35,313 nucleotides of DNA. Source: Catajapyx aquilonaris. Its lineage: Eukaryota. A program made the translations under genes and the position numbers. Within the stretch, counting starts at the first letter, position 1. Every line of letters starts with the position of its first letter. The DNA lies in NCBI GenBank assembly GCA_000934665.2, contig JYFJ02004043.1:1-35313 (forward strand), written 5' to 3'. Of the stretch, positions 1-13,337 are shown piece after piece. The notes under the pieces were generated by a model, which did no database searches, had not been told where the DNA came from, and was given only the letters and a program-made list of their open reading frames with translations.

Positions 1-210
1 CCATTGTCCTCATGTACCCTGTAAGTTTCGTCATTTGTGTTCATACAGAATAAAGGTTACAGCCTTGGAGACCTTACTTTTTGATCACTCCTCGTACTTT
101 ACTGCTGACTAGACGACAAAGGACCCAACTCTACGACAAGTTTCACACAATTTCAGCGCCATTACGGGTACCCAACATTAGATTATTGGAGTAATAAACC
201 CATCTGTCCC
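1..210 (+). mobile_element. Possible decayed 3' end of a non-LTR retrotransposon (L2/CR1-group ORF2 C-terminus)
   Basis: Frameshifted reading RQRTQLYDKF-TISA...IRL-W resembles the HRT..Y.KSF...A.RLWN.LP motif that ends L2/CR1-group ORF2; heavily degraded. Confidence 0.35.
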
Positions 211-2727
211 ATTCTATGATTGTGTCCGCCCTCTCACCATGCATAGAATGCAACACCTGTGTGCAACATCTACTACTATTATCTGATTTTTGCCCCATAA
301 TTCAAGCAACTGAGCATGGGCAAACATGACGCTACAAACCATTTACAATGGCAAAAAAAATTAAAGCATGTAAGAAGACCCCTTGCTGAGGTGATGTTTC
401 TATTCTAAACATTAACCACATTATTGTCCATTGATCTTTAACCATTTTCCATTGTCCTCTCACTTGTGTCAGCCGCAGGTGAGTCAGGAATAGGTGGAAA
501 GAATCTGGGACTGATTTATAATCCTCTTACCTCGAAGAGATGACCGTACGAGCAGCGAAGCCAAGGCGGCCATATTTGCCTCCGGTTTAGGGAATAGAAC
601 GAATGACGCGTTTTCGTCTTTGGTCGGTCAGTTAGCCAGTTGGTCGGTCGGTCGCGCTAAAGATAGATCGGGAGCACATCGGGAGGTTTCGACTGCACTA
701 TCCTAGACACGATCCTAGGGCCGCCAATTTCAGGCAAGGATTTCATGGCGTTTGGGTAATTTGATTAAGGATTTAATTTATGTACATTAGCGTGTAATTA
801 ATGAATGAGACAACTTTCTCTGGCCTGGATTTGTTCGCATTAGTAACTATAATATCAAGACTTGCTTTTTGGTATTGGTGGTCTTGGTATATAGATCAAT
901 ACAGTATTGATCACTCATCAATTACGTAACAGCATACCAAGGCATAGGTGGGTAACGGGTGTTTTCTTAGACGATTAAGATCTTGAAGTAGTCTAGTGAA
1001 GATGAGTACACCGTTTCAGTGCCTATTCAAGAATGTCCAGTATTCAATAGGCCTACATAGACAGGGTTATCCAAAATGCTTGTCGGATTGTTGTTGCGAT
1101 TTTTCACACTAAACTGCTTTATTTTAGCAGTTACTTTAATGGCTATCAAAAGTATCAGCTACTAATACTATGATGAAGTGATGATTGGGAATGGCTCATC
1201 TCACGACTATTACAAAACCACTTTGTGCATGCCACGCTCGATAGCAGGGTTTTAAAGGACTGGTACACTCAACATAATAATTACAGTATATTAGTAGTCT
1301 GATACTTTTGATGGTCACTAAAAGTAACTAAGAAAGAATGACTTCTTAATAAGTCGTTTAGTGCGCTAAAATCGAACCCGCAATAGGATTAGGATAAGAA
1401 GTATTTTAGATCATTCTGGTTAAAGGTATGTCAGGCCTACGTGTTCCATGAATGTCAAGTGAATGATCAGGACTACAGACAGAGGATTTCCCCGCACCCC
1501 TCCATCTGCCAATGTCAACGTCAATTTAATGTTTGGCAATGGGCTTACCTAACAAAAGGTAGCACGTTATATTAATTTATAATAATCATCACATTAATAT
1601 ATTTTTGAATATAAATAATTAAGACATGTAGAAATGACGTTCATTTGACATTTTCTGAGCATTCCTACAAGCTGTTACTGGGATAGCCTGATGATAACTG
1701 TCATGAGGATTCCCTTTCCCTCTCGAACAGGTACGCGTGCACATCCAGTACAGTACAGCACACGTCATATGGTCATTAATATAAATAAATACCAAAACCA
1801 AAGTGCAGCAGTGTTATGCTGCGGGGGAAGAAGGTTGATGAATGAAATGACTATTTTGTCGCTAAAATATAAATGTGACGATGGTCACTCTGGCTAGCAC
1901 AAAATATACGGTACGGAGAAATAATATTGTTGTCGAATTATTCACGTGAGCCGTTAGTTGCAAGGAGGATCCTGATACCCACCCCTTACTGCTGGCTTAC
2001 TCCATATTTATTATTGCCGTATTAGACTAATTTGACTATATACATTGCGCCAGAGTTTCGTAATGCAGAGTTTACCCTAAAATGCCAGATATTAACTTGT
2101 ATCAGAAGGGTATAGGGTATACATATTTTTAAATATTCATTTTGTACCTCACATACAAATATTTAGTGATTGTCACAATATTTCCACTTTAAAACAGTAG
2201 TGCTGCCATCTGCTCTACATTCCTCACCTTACCGGTTCCATCCAGCAGTCTTCATTATACTCTGAATAACTTACTTTCGCCTTGGGAGCTTGCTTGGCAG
2301 ACCCGCGTTGAGGGCACAGTATTTTCATTCCGGAGAAAATAGTTCGGTCACTTGGAAGTTCTCCCTCTGTCAAGCGTCCGGCCGGAATGTTGTAGTCACG
2401 ATTGTAGCTGTGCTGAGACTCTACAGTAGGTTAGTAACCTCTGATGTGTCACCCTCATAAGCCTGTAGGCTATTGTAGGCTACAAGCAATGTCAACAAAC
2501 GGTTATATCAAGAGCTAATGGTTATATCTAGTACAGTACTCTTCCAAGGTTGTTAGATATCAGTCTGCCACGTAATCGGCTCCACTGCATTTAAAAGTGC
2601 CGTGGGGTCAAGTGAACGCATGGTAGGGAATATTAGCTAATAAATAATAACATACTTAGGAGGTGGCACAATGTGTGCTTGTTAAAATGAATGTTGATAT
2701 ATGTACGGTACTCTCCCACAGACTGCA

Positions 2728-4664
2728 ATGATCAGGACATTAGCAGTCGCGATCCTGGTTCTGCTGACCTGTGGCATTGGACTGGTTCATTCAGCCAACA
2801 TCCTAATAGTCATCGGAATGGGTTCTCCAAGCCACAAGCTGCCCTTCCTGACCTACGCAGAAGCACTTTTGGGGCTTCGCCATGACGTGACGATCATATC
2901 TCCATTTCCGACAAAGGGAGCCAAATTTCGCGATATCACCCCCAAGTTGCTCCTGGACGTCATGGCACCTCTAATGAATCGTAGCTTTGTGGACATTAGG
3001 TTAAACAATGATTGGTGGCTGTATTGGACTTCCTTCGGAGGGTTTAGTTTTGATTCGTGCCAAGCAATTATACGGAGCCCAGAAGTTGAGGATTATATCA
3101 ACGGGAAGGAAATGCTGGACCTAATCATTGTTGATCCCTTAGCTTCTGAATGTGCCTTCGGCTTTTCTTACGTTCATAAGGCTCCCGTTATTTATTTCAA
3201 CACTGCTGGAATATACCCGTGGTCAGCGGGTGCCTTTGGACTTCCGTCTTTGGCAGTTTATCATCCAACAAATGCTGTCATGTACAACAAAGACATTAGC
3301 AAATTCACACATCGATTAGTGGCAGCACTCGGCATGCTTGCATTTGAATACCAACGACATTTGCGTACATTTCCAGCGATAGAAAAACTTTGGAAACAAC
3401 GGTTGGGTGGTCCGATGCCCTCTTTCGCAGAGATGGAGCGAAATGTTAGCCTGATGCTCCTTAACACGCATCCTTTAGTTGATGAACCAGTCCCTTACAC
3501 ATCCAACATCATCACAATTGGTGGAATTCATATACCTTCTCTTAAGGGGTTACCAAAGGTCTTGTATAAAATTATTATAATATACATTATATTTCAGTTA
3601 AGCTCGTAATCTGCCTATTAACCGGAATATATTTTTAGGACTTGGAAGACTTTGTCACTGGAAGTGGTAATGACGGGTTCATTCTGTTTAGCCTGGGATC
3701 CATCGTGAGATCCAAAACTTTGCCTTCCAAGTACTATGATTATTTTATCAAGGCTTTCAAGAAGCTACCTCAACGTGTAGTCTGGAACTGGGAATCAGAC
3801 AATCAACGTGACGACATGCCTCCGAATGTCTTGGCCAAAAACTGGCTGCCTCAGCACGACCTTCTAGGTATTTATGTAACAGAGTAAGCTATTAATAAAT
3901 TGACTTCTGATTAATTAATTCAGTTTTTTAATGCTTTTTAAATTATTTATCCTACAGCTCATCCGAAATGCCGCGGATTTGTGACCCATGGAGGCAAACT
4001 GAGCCTGCTTGAGGCTACTGAAGCGGGAGTTCCAGTAGTCCTCATTCCATTCTTTGCAGACCAGGATCTTCATTCGCATGTGGTCGTGAGGAGAGGCTTT
4101 GGACTTACGCTTGACTTGCATGAAGTTACTGCCGATAACTTGTATCAGGCCATCATCACCATTGTCAACGAGCCACGGTTGGTTCAGCCCTCGAAATTAT
4201 GGTCTTCTACTTATAAATATACAAATAAGTACATATCACAGCCCCTCAGGGGTCAAATAAATATATTAAATAAATAAATAAATATGTATACTCCCCGTGA
4301 CAGGGGAAGTCCTGGGCTCTTAGAGGCTTTCTCGTATAATGTGGCTTATATTTCTCATTTACTTCTCAGGTTCAGAGAAAAGGCTGCCCATCGAGCTAAA
4401 ATGTTCCGAGATGAGCCAGACACGCCTTTATATCGAGCTTTGTTCTGGACACAATATGTACTACGTCATCCTGAAGGTCCGGACATGCGACCTGTAGCCG
4501 CCACTTTTACTTGGTACCAGTATCACATGGTGGATGTTTGGGTGTTCGTCGCGTTTGTTGCTTTACTGCCACTTGTGGCCCTTTACTTCATTCTTGGTTG
4601 TTTGATGCGCCTGGTGAGGAGGCATGTATCACAAAAAAATGAAAATAAAATCAAACGTTCGTAG
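2728..4664 (+). CDS. UDP-glycosyltransferase gene 1; exons 2728-3558, 3639-3867, 3958-4177, 4370-4664 (524 aa)
   Basis: Signal peptide, SPSH catalytic His, GGIH, [26 protein letters not shown]...PFFADQ signature, TM helix, KIKRS end; all introns GT-AG and the joined length (1575 nt) is in frame. Confidence 0.93.
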
Positions 4665-4700
4665 ATGAATGAGGAAGTCCACGGCCCTGTCTTATCTTAT

Positions 4701-4781
4701 ACTAGAAAAACCCTCGCTATACGCTTGCATTTTCCTATGGCACAGGCGTAGAAAACTACTCGCTTCGCTCGCTTTTTTCTA
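4701..4781. mobile_element. Possible Helitron/HINE-like terminal fragment just 3' of gene 1
   Basis: ACTAGAAAAA start, CGCTTCGCTCG motif and inverted CTAGAAAAA/TTTTTCTAG ends. Confidence 0.3.
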
Positions 4782-5763
4782 GGCCTGCGCCTACAGCACC
4801 CACCATATTTTCAATTGCTTCGGACATATAGCCAGTGATGATGCCAATCATGTGCATACCGCCCACCCCGACCCGTTCCTCCGTGTATTCACATATCTGT
4901 GATTCCTTACCCTGTGGGCTGTGACCCATCCGAAATCCCACCTTTGGCTGGGCTCAATTTTTAATTCGCATTAAATGTGTACATTTTTAATTAGCCTAGC
5001 CTTTTACCATATTAATTTCCTACCATGAAATCCAGATCATCATTTTATTTTTTCCTACATCTGCGAGATGCGAAAATCAAGTAAGTTGACGCCCTCTATA
5101 GATAAATCCTTGACATTCTCATCCGGCAATTTTCCAAATCCGACAGTTTCACAAATATTTATATTTCCACAAGGATGCTTCAATATGACTGTAGGCCTAC
5201 TGAGCTGTGCATTTGAATTACTCGTATTAATTATCAGCCCTCCCCATATACTTTTCAGTTGCTAATTTGCTATACATACAGTAGTCTTTGTTAATGCCGT
5301 TTATTTTCTGTCCGTAATCATTTTCATTTTCTGGCAGTTGTATGGCAGAAAGAATGATGACAAATTGAGAACGTGCTGCTAAAATATTCTTTCTGGGAAT
5401 TATTACAATAAGTAATTAAAGATAAGTTACCTCAAACACAATGGTATATGATAAGATTCCTCATTTCTTCCTGTTCTATTTGGTATACCGGTATGTGATG
5501 ACGTGCCTGTGACAATCACAACCGCACGAGAAAATTCGTGGCAAGAAGCTGAATTTGCTCAAAACACAATATTTTGAAACGGTCACATTTCAGGTACAAA
5601 ATTTTGAAACTTCCATTTTGACATCACAGCTTGAGTATGTCATCACATGTTATTTTTTCAAGAAATTCCTAGGGGTCGAGCCACAACTTTCATTAAATTT
5701 GAATCAGTTTGATGTGGAGTGATCCAAGCTCAGTTTGGTTAATTTTTATACGTCCTTCAAGCA

Positions 5764-5914
5764 TATAATGTGAGGGAAACGAGAGAGCGATCTGAAGTCA
5801 TCGTTTCTTCCACTGTTGCTTTTTTTGACACTGTTTACTCCTATTGTTCTGTGAGAATATTTCCATGGAAACTGTGATGACGTCAGATCGTTCTCTCATT
5901 TTCCGAACATTATA
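5764..5914. mobile_element. Fold-back MITE-like element
   Basis: Imperfect ~49 bp inverted arms: TATAATGTGAGGGAAACGAGAGAGCGATCTGAAGTCATC... versus ...GATGACGTCAGATCGTTCTCTCATTTTCCGAACATTATA. Confidence 0.6.
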
Positions 5915-6181
5915 GCAGACTTAATATTTTTTCCAGCAGGAAAGCAAAATCGATTTACTTCATATTGAGATATGCTTTGGAGCTATTTCGGACAATAATA
6001 AATTAGAGCTTTAAGTGTACAGTAACTTATTGACCTTTTGAGATACCGGTATTTCTGTTTGTTTAGCTGTAGACCTTTTGTCTGCTGATAACAGATGCCG
6101 TGGTGTGTAACGACCAGTTATTTTCAGTTTCAGCTATCCAATGTATACTCTATACAGTGTGTTATATAAGCTGAAATTCTC

Positions 6182-6185
<4 letters not shown>

Positions 6186-6244
<59 letters not shown>
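6186..6244. repeat. (TC)n microsatellite
   Basis: Perfect TC run of ~29 units. Confidence 0.98.
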
Positions 6245-6247
<3 letters not shown>

Positions 6248-6290
6248 CTTGGATCGTTCTCTCCAACTGATCGCTGTTCATTTGTCTTAC

Positions 6291-6368
6291 ATCAGTCTTC
6301 GATAACTTGTTGACGGGAGAGGATGCGCAAAGAAGAGGAGCACTGCCGGTAGTCCACGTTCACTTAAG
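6291..6368 (+). promoter_or_regulatory. Candidate TSS and 5' non-coding exon of UGT gene 2
   Basis: ATCAGTC initiator-like motif at 6291, donor AAG|GTACAG at 6368/6369, acceptor TTTTGACAG ending 6648 just before the ATG. Confidence 0.45.
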
Positions 6369-6663
6369 GTACAGAACGATCAGGGTTACATTTGACTTAT
6401 TTTGAGATTTGACAGCATGCAGGCTAAAAACTGTATCCATTATTCCTCGTGGGATTAATTTTATTCTCGAGCATTTTTTTTAACATAGTGGAAACTGACT
6501 CGACCATCAGGAAGTACGCGTCAAGGTCGACATAATAGCCTGTTACACAATTCTTAAGTAATTTTGCAGCAAAATGAGACTTTGATCGTTCTGTCCATTT
6601 AATGCTCTCGCTGATCTTAGATGATTGAAAAACATATAATTTTGACAGATAACGTGATCAAAA

Positions 6664-9116
6664 ATGGCCCCGCTCCGATGGCTGCTAGTGGCTCTTCTGG
6701 CAGTTACATATGGAATTAACGAGAGTCACCCAGCCAAAATATTGATGTACATGGGAATGTCATCTCCGAGTCACAAGTTCGCGTTCTTAACATATGTCGA
6801 CGGACTTTTGGCCAAAGGCCACCAAGTTACTTTCATATCTCCCTTTCCCACCAAAGGAGCCAAATTCAGGGACATAACTCCCAAATTGCTTCAAGAATCG
6901 CTCACTCCTTTACTGGACCTCAGTTTTGTGGATATCAAGCTTAACAACGACATGTGGACTTTCTGGAAGATTTTTCCGCAACAATCCTATAGTACTTGTG
7001 AAGCCCTGCTAAAGAGCCCTGAAGTGCAAGACATTGTCACTGGGAAGGACAAATACGACTTGGTAGTATTGGACACCTTGGCTCCAGAGTGTGGCATGGG
7101 TTTTGCTCTAGTCCAAGACGCCCCTTTGATTTACTACAGCACGACAGTTATGTTGCCATGGAACTCCGCAGCTTTCGGTCTAGGGACAGTGAGCATCTAT
7201 AAGACAGATCACTTCACCTTTTATAGAAGAGATGTGCGTAACTTTTTTGACAGAGCGATGGCAGTAATCAGCAATACTCTCTACGAGTGGCGGCGTCAAT
7301 ATTGTATGTTTCCGGCAGTGGAAGAGCTCTGGAAAAATCACTTGGGTCGACCAGTAGGATCTTTCTTTGAGATTGAGAAAAATATGAGTTTAATGCTTCT
7401 GAATACGCATCCATTGCTGGACCACCCGGTTCCTTATACTGCGAATATTATCTCAGTGGGAGGAATACATTTTATGCCTCTTAAGGCATTGCCAAAGGTA
7501 AGCATTATACTTTTTAAACTTATTTTTATACAGGTGTTCCAGGTTCGTGGGTCGTTTTCAGTTACCACTGATATCGCCCGAAGTAGTTATTTTTGTGACG
7601 CTTGTTTCACCCTAATCTAAGGTGGTCCCAGGTGTCGAATATAGCAGTTTCTAGAGGGCACCTGGTTAGGGGCACAACAAGATACAAAAAAACAGCTTCG
7701 AGCTATAACTGAAAGGACTAATATATACTTTGAACACCCTGTATTTTTAGCAGTTTTTAAAATAGCCCTTTGTTGACCATACGTGAATAGAAGCAGGAAT
7801 TATTGCACATGGTGTACCCATCTGACAGAAAATGCCCACGAGCAGTATATTGAAGAGGACTGCATATGGTGTTACGCTTTATAAGCGTATTTAAATGCAT
7901 GCTCCATTTGAGTAGTTTTTCACTTTTACGCTTGAAATAGCTCCCACTTAAATGGAGTAAAAATTTTATCCAGGTTGACTCGATCAATCCATTCTGAGAG
8001 CAATTTTTCAGTCAATTTGGCTGAGGTCGAATGAGTTGTCTAAGCATCTTAGTGGTCACACTCCACGCATGATAATAATTACCGTACATCATTATGAAGC
8101 CAGACATATTCTTTTAAAATTATCACATTTTGTCCACCTGTTCACGATTTTAATCAAATACGTTGGTTGCATTTTTTGAAAATCACCCTGCACCTTGCGA
8201 TTTACATACAGGTGTACTGATATAATTTTAATTACTTTAGGAATTGGATGAATTTGTCTCCGGAAGCGGTGACAAGGGTTTCGTGCTGGTCAGCTTGGGA
8301 TCTATTGTACAGTCTAAAACTCTGCCTGAAAAATACTACAATGCTTATGTAGAAGCTTTTAAAAGACTACCATTCAGAATAGTATGGAAATGGGAAGCTG
8401 ATGCACAGAGGAAGAAACTGTCCTCAAATGTGATGATTACGAATTGGGTACCTCAACATGAGCTATTAGGTATGTTGGTGACTCGCCATATTATGAAAAC
8501 ATCACTAATGAGAATTTTTCATTATTGCAGCGCATCCAAAAATCAAAGGGTTTGTGACCCATGGTGGCAAATTGGGTATGATGGAAGCTACAAAAGAAGG
8601 TGTACCGGTGGTTGTGGTCCCATTTTTTTCCGACCAAGATATGCACGCACGAAAGGCCCACGATGGAGGCTTTGGAATTCACCTGGACTTGAGAGACGTG
8701 ACAGCTGACAGCCTTTACAACGCCCTCATGGCCATAACTACTGATCCAAGGTGACGATTTAAATTGTATTGTAATATTTCTCAAATGCTTATGCAGTATG
8801 CTGAAAGGACACGTTTTTCAGTTTTAAGGAGACTGCTATAAAGAGAGCTCGGATACTGGAGGATCAACCAGACACGCCATTGTCGAGAGCTATATACTGG
8901 ACTGAGTTCGTATTGCGACATCCTGAGGGTCCGGATTCAAGGCCTTTATGCATAGACTTTTGGTGGTTTCAATATCACATGATTGACGTTTGGATGGTCA
9001 TCATATTAATTCTCTTGGTCCCGGTAATTGTTGCAGTATTACTTGTACGTTGTCTCTGCCGTTCCATAATAGGCAAGAAGAATAATATCACACCCAAGAA
9101 AGTGAAGGCTTCTTAG
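6664..9116 (+). CDS. UDP-glycosyltransferase gene 2; exons 6664-7497, 8241-8469, 8531-8750, 8822-9116 (525 aa)
   Basis: Same motifs (SPSH, [33 protein letters not shown], KVKAS end); 229 and 220 nt internal exons, GT-AG introns, frame intact. Confidence 0.94.
7531..7741. mobile_element. Tc1/mariner-type MITE in intron 1 of gene 2
   Basis: TA|CAGGTGTTC ... GAACACCCTG|TA: CAGG(G)TG terminal inverted repeats with TA target duplication. Confidence 0.65.
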
Positions 9117-9952
9117 TGGAAGTGCATTTATAGTTTCTAGCCTACTTTGAAAATACAGGGTACTGCATAGTAAATAATAGACAATGGTGCATCCATTTTC
9201 TTTTGCATTAACAACTTCACTGAATATTTCGTTCACTCCACTATATTGCGATAAATTTAATTGAATTAAAAGCTGAAAGAAAGAAAGCCGTACCCCCCAA
9301 AACAACGACTGTGAAAGGAGACGTTTTGTGTACATTCTCGTGCGGCAACCTGTGATATTTAATTCCGGGTTTGTGATCATTCCCATTAATTTATGATCAA
9401 CCTCTTGGCTTCATGGTGAATTCAGCATGTAAACAAAATATAGCCAGCTTAATATTTGTGATAATTGTTAATAACCACAGCAAAAGTAAGAAAAATAAAC
9501 ACGAAAAAGAACACAAACGATATTTTATTTACAGTGTATCCTCTAGCGCCACACAGGAAACATCCGAATGCACAAGAAACAATGGTTACTACTGTGTTGT
9601 AGGCCCTACTTTTGCTCATCAGAGAAAGTGGACTTTCCCCCTGACCCCGATCTTCTGGATGATTTCCCACATAGCCCATGTGTCCGCACTCCACTCGCCC
9701 CTTTCGAGATATCTAGTGATTGCTTCTACTCTTCGATAATAATTCGTAGATAAATTCATTCTAATCTGGTCAACCTACCACAGTGCATGGTAAGAAACAA
9801 TCTGGGTTTACATGTAGATGTAAGCAGAGAGAACTTTAAGTTATAATTGCCATATACTTGTTATAAAGTATATTAGTAAATTAATACACTTAACTAAGAC
9901 ATTCAATAGATGCAGAACTTTTAAATGACCCCAACAGCTTTTGACTTGACAG

Positions 9953-12352
9953 ATGAAACCGACTTGGATATTTCTGACTGCGTTGGTGGTCCTGACCTGC
10001 TGCCTTGTGCACGAATGTAGATCAGCAAATATTTTGATCTACATGGGGATGTCTTCTCCAAGTCACAAGTTCGCGTTTCTGCCCTACGTCCAAGAACTTC
10101 TAGATCGAGGACATCAAGTCACGTTCATCTCGCCTTTTCCCACGGAAGGTGCCAAATTCCGTGACATAACTCCTAAATTAGTGAAAAAGGCGATGGAACC
10201 ATTTATGAAGGTTAATTTTATTAAAATGAGATTGGAGGGAGATATTTGGACTTATTGGATGTCCTTTCGGACACTAGCTGTTAATATTTGCGAATCTGTT
10301 TTGAGCAGCCCGGAAGTAGAGGACATTGTCACAGGGAAAGAAAAATTTGACCTGGTCATCATTGACCCTCTGGCCACTGAGTGCGGATTTGGTTTTTCAT
10401 TTGTGAACAAGGTACCAGTGATATATTTTCATACCGCCGGATATTATCCTTGGACCACTGCTCCATTGGGCCTGCCATCATCTGCCATTTTCACACCCAG
10501 TTACTTTACTTACAACAACTCTGATATCCATCTGCTGACCACGAGAGCACTTACAACAATATTCAACATATGTTATGAATATCAGCGTCACTGGTATGTG
10601 TTTCCGGCTGTAGAGGAAATGTGGTCTCAACGACTGGGACAACCTGTACCTTCATTTGCGGACATGGAAAGGAGTCTAAGTTTGTTTCTAATGAACACGC
10701 ATCCCATTGTGGAGTACCCAGTTCCGTACATGCATAATGCAATCGGAGTTGGAGGAATTCATCTTCAACTGCATAAACCGTTGCCTAAGGTAAGTTCTCT
10801 TCATTACACAATCAACAAAATATAGCGTATAGCAATATACTCGTATCTTTGGACTCTCGTCATCGTTATAATTAACCAATTAACCCATGCAATGAACCGA
10901 GCACTGATCTGTGCAAAATGGGACATGAGATGCAAGCTGATACAGGGCAGTTTATAACACTTTTATTTTTATTTACAATATTTCCTCAGAATCTGGAAGA
11001 ATTTGCTTCTGGAAGTGGGAAGGATGGATTCATCCTCTTCAGCCTGGGATCCATAGTTCAAGCCAAAACACTACCACGCAGTTACTACCTCATATTTCTT
11101 GAAGTGTTCCGAAAGCTGCCTCAGCGGATCATCTGGAAATGGGAATCTGAAGGCGAAAAGGAACAAGTTCCAGCTAATGTGTTGACCCAGAAGTGGCTTC
11201 CCCAGTATGACCTTCTAGGTATGCAGTGTCGGGACCACGTGTTCCGGCATTTATCCCCCTGACTGATTGTGGTGCCGCCTATTGGCGCGAACTCTGTATA
11301 TAAGGCAGGGGGATAAATGCCGGAACATGTGGTCCCGACAGAAGGCTGTGAGGACAGAATGCAGTGTGATTCAACTGGATTGGATGTAGTGAACTTAGTA
11401 ATATTATATTTTTGGCATTGTAGGCCTACTTCATATTACTACTTGAGAGATTACTTTATAACATTAGGCATACTTGAAATGGGCATTCAAAATATTACAT
11501 GCTAGTGTTATGTTGAATGGAGGGGAGGGAAAACAATACGTAGGCTACTAGCGGACACACAAGTTCGTTGGGCGAGCAATGCAATGATATATCATATGGA
11601 ATCTTTAGAACAGCCTAATATTTTAATGGGCACTTTTGACAGCCTCTAAAAGCAGCTCAGTAGCAAAAATCACAAACCACTATGGACATTCAACTTGTAA
11701 TATCAGTCTCTGAGGCACCCTTCAAAGAAAATAAATCTAATGGTGAGGTTGTTATTCACAGCTCATCCTAACTGCCGAGGATTTGTAACACATGGTGGTA
11801 AATTGGGTATCATCGAAGCCACCCAGGAAGGTGTTCCAGTCGTGGTCATACCTTTTTTCGCTGATCAAGACATGCACGGGAGATTGTCACAAGAGGATGG
11901 GTCGGGCATTTTCCTCGATATTGGTGACGTGACGATCGACACATTGCATAATGCTATATCCAGCATAGCTACAAATGTTCGGTAGGTGCATACGCGTATA
12001 TTAAGCAGCCATGCTTTAATATAGGCTAATGATAATCTTGATCTATTACAATAGGTACAAGAAGAGGGCTATGCAGAAGTCCCAGATCTTTCGTGATCAA
12101 CCAGACACACCCCTGGCTCGAGCCATGTACTGGACAGAGTTTGTTCTGCGACATCCCCAAGGACTGTCACTGCGTACCGAAGCCAAGTACTTCACTTGGT
12201 ATCAGTACCACATGGTAGACGTATGGGTGTTAGTCGCGTTAATTGCAATTGTACCAATATTGGTCTTACGATTTATTCTGAAGTGCATCTTGCGCTTGGT
12301 AGGACTACGTCCTGACATTTCAAAGAGGAAAAAGAAGGTTAAATCATCGTAG
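9953..12352 (+). CDS. UDP-glycosyltransferase gene 3; exons 9953-10789, 10990-11218, 11762-11981, 12055-12352 (527 aa)
   Basis: Signal peptide, SPSH, [29 protein letters not shown], KVKSS end; GT-AG introns; AATAAA at 12456. Confidence 0.94.
11227..11340. mobile_element. 114 bp non-autonomous TIR element with TGT...ACA ends, in intron 2 of gene 3
   Basis: 35 bp TIRs (TGTCGGGACCACGTGTTCCGGCATTTATCCCCCTG) with 1 mismatch; flanks GCAG/GAAG could be a degenerate 4 bp TSD. Confidence 0.75.
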
Positions 12353-12841
12353 TTATCAAGTGATAGCGAAATCAACGCAACGTAGGAAAGAATATTCATT
12401 GTGATATACCAAAGTTCAAAAGTCAGGAAGTTAAGTTTGGTTTATGATGAAGAGTAATAAAAATGTAACCTGTCTACTTTTAGCACAAGTTACCTCAGCA
12501 TTGGATGTCCTACGAGTTTTAATATCCATTTTATCCAATTTTTCCACCATATTAATGCAGCAGTATACTTTCCGGTTATCCTTCATAGTTCAGAGGATAT
12601 AAACGAATAAGGAGTAAGGTCCATACGAACTGCCACTATATATAACCACTAATTTGATTGCAATCGGTGAGTAATTATCAGTTAGCCTAGTCGGACCTTT
12701 CCCAACATCAGGAGATAATGCATCTTACGCTGTGTTATAGTCTATCACAGTCAGTGGTAAAGAACTAAAAGAAGTACCCGGAAGAAGTACACAAAAGAAG
12801 GTAATTTTATGCAATAAGTTATCTATACACCTTGAGTTATA

Positions 12842-12871
12842 GTCAAATTGAAACTATAGTTTCAATTTGAC
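12842..12871. repeat. Perfect 30 bp palindrome
   Basis: GTCAAATTGAAACTA|TAGTTTCAATTTGAC, no spacer. Confidence 0.95.
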
Positions 12872-12879
12872 CAACGCAA

Positions 12880-13337
12880 CGTGATACAGTTTGTATACAT
12901 AAGAGGGGCCGGGAACAGTGACCGTTGTTGGGTTACCACTGCCGCCGTGGTGTGCCAAGAAACGAGCTGCAGAAGAGACTTTGGTGTACGTACGACTACT
13001 TCCCCGATGTCGAAAGAGAGGGGGGGGGGGGCGCAATTCTCCCCCTTGCCCCCCCTGCCAAAAACACTGCTGCATACGTCGACTAACTACCATGACATTT
13101 TCGACGGTAACTAACCTAATTTACGACTGCCAGCGTCACTGGCACATGTTTCCCATGATCGAAAAGTTATGGTCTCAACGACTGGGTCATTCTATTCCGC
13201 CGTTAGAGGACATGGAAAGGAACGTTAATTTATATTTGATGAACACTCATCCCATGTTGGAATATCCAATTCCAAACATGTATAATGTAGTCGATGTAGG
13301 AGGAATCCATCTGCAACCACACAAGCCTCTTCCAAAG
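12880..13337 (+). pseudogene. UGT exon-1 remnant (3' part), no following exons of its own
   Basis: 13074-13337 reads RLTTMTFSTVTNLIYDCQRHWHMFP...NTHPMLEYP...GGIHLQPHKPLPK|GTAAC, closest to genes 3/4; 12880-12950 is a frameshifted VIYF..PWT..GLPSAAV-like remnant; unrelated G/C-rich sequence lies in between. Confidence 0.85.
13015..13072 (-). mobile_element. Probable DNA-transposon/MITE terminus interrupting the pseudo-exon
   Basis: Minus strand reads CAGCAGTG...GGGGGGGCAAGGGGGAGAATTGCGCCCCC, a G/C subterminal hairpin typical of CAG-ended non-autonomous elements; no partner end seen. Confidence 0.4.

Noticed and set aside
2701..2727. ORF-track start MYGTLPQTA for gene 1
   Set aside because: Overlaps an acceptor (CTCTCCCACAG ending 2721); the ATG at 2728 gives a proper signal peptide matching the paralogs
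9039..9753. Several short overlapping ORFs between genes 2 and 3
   Set aside because: No recognisable domain or consistent splice pattern; expected chance ORFs
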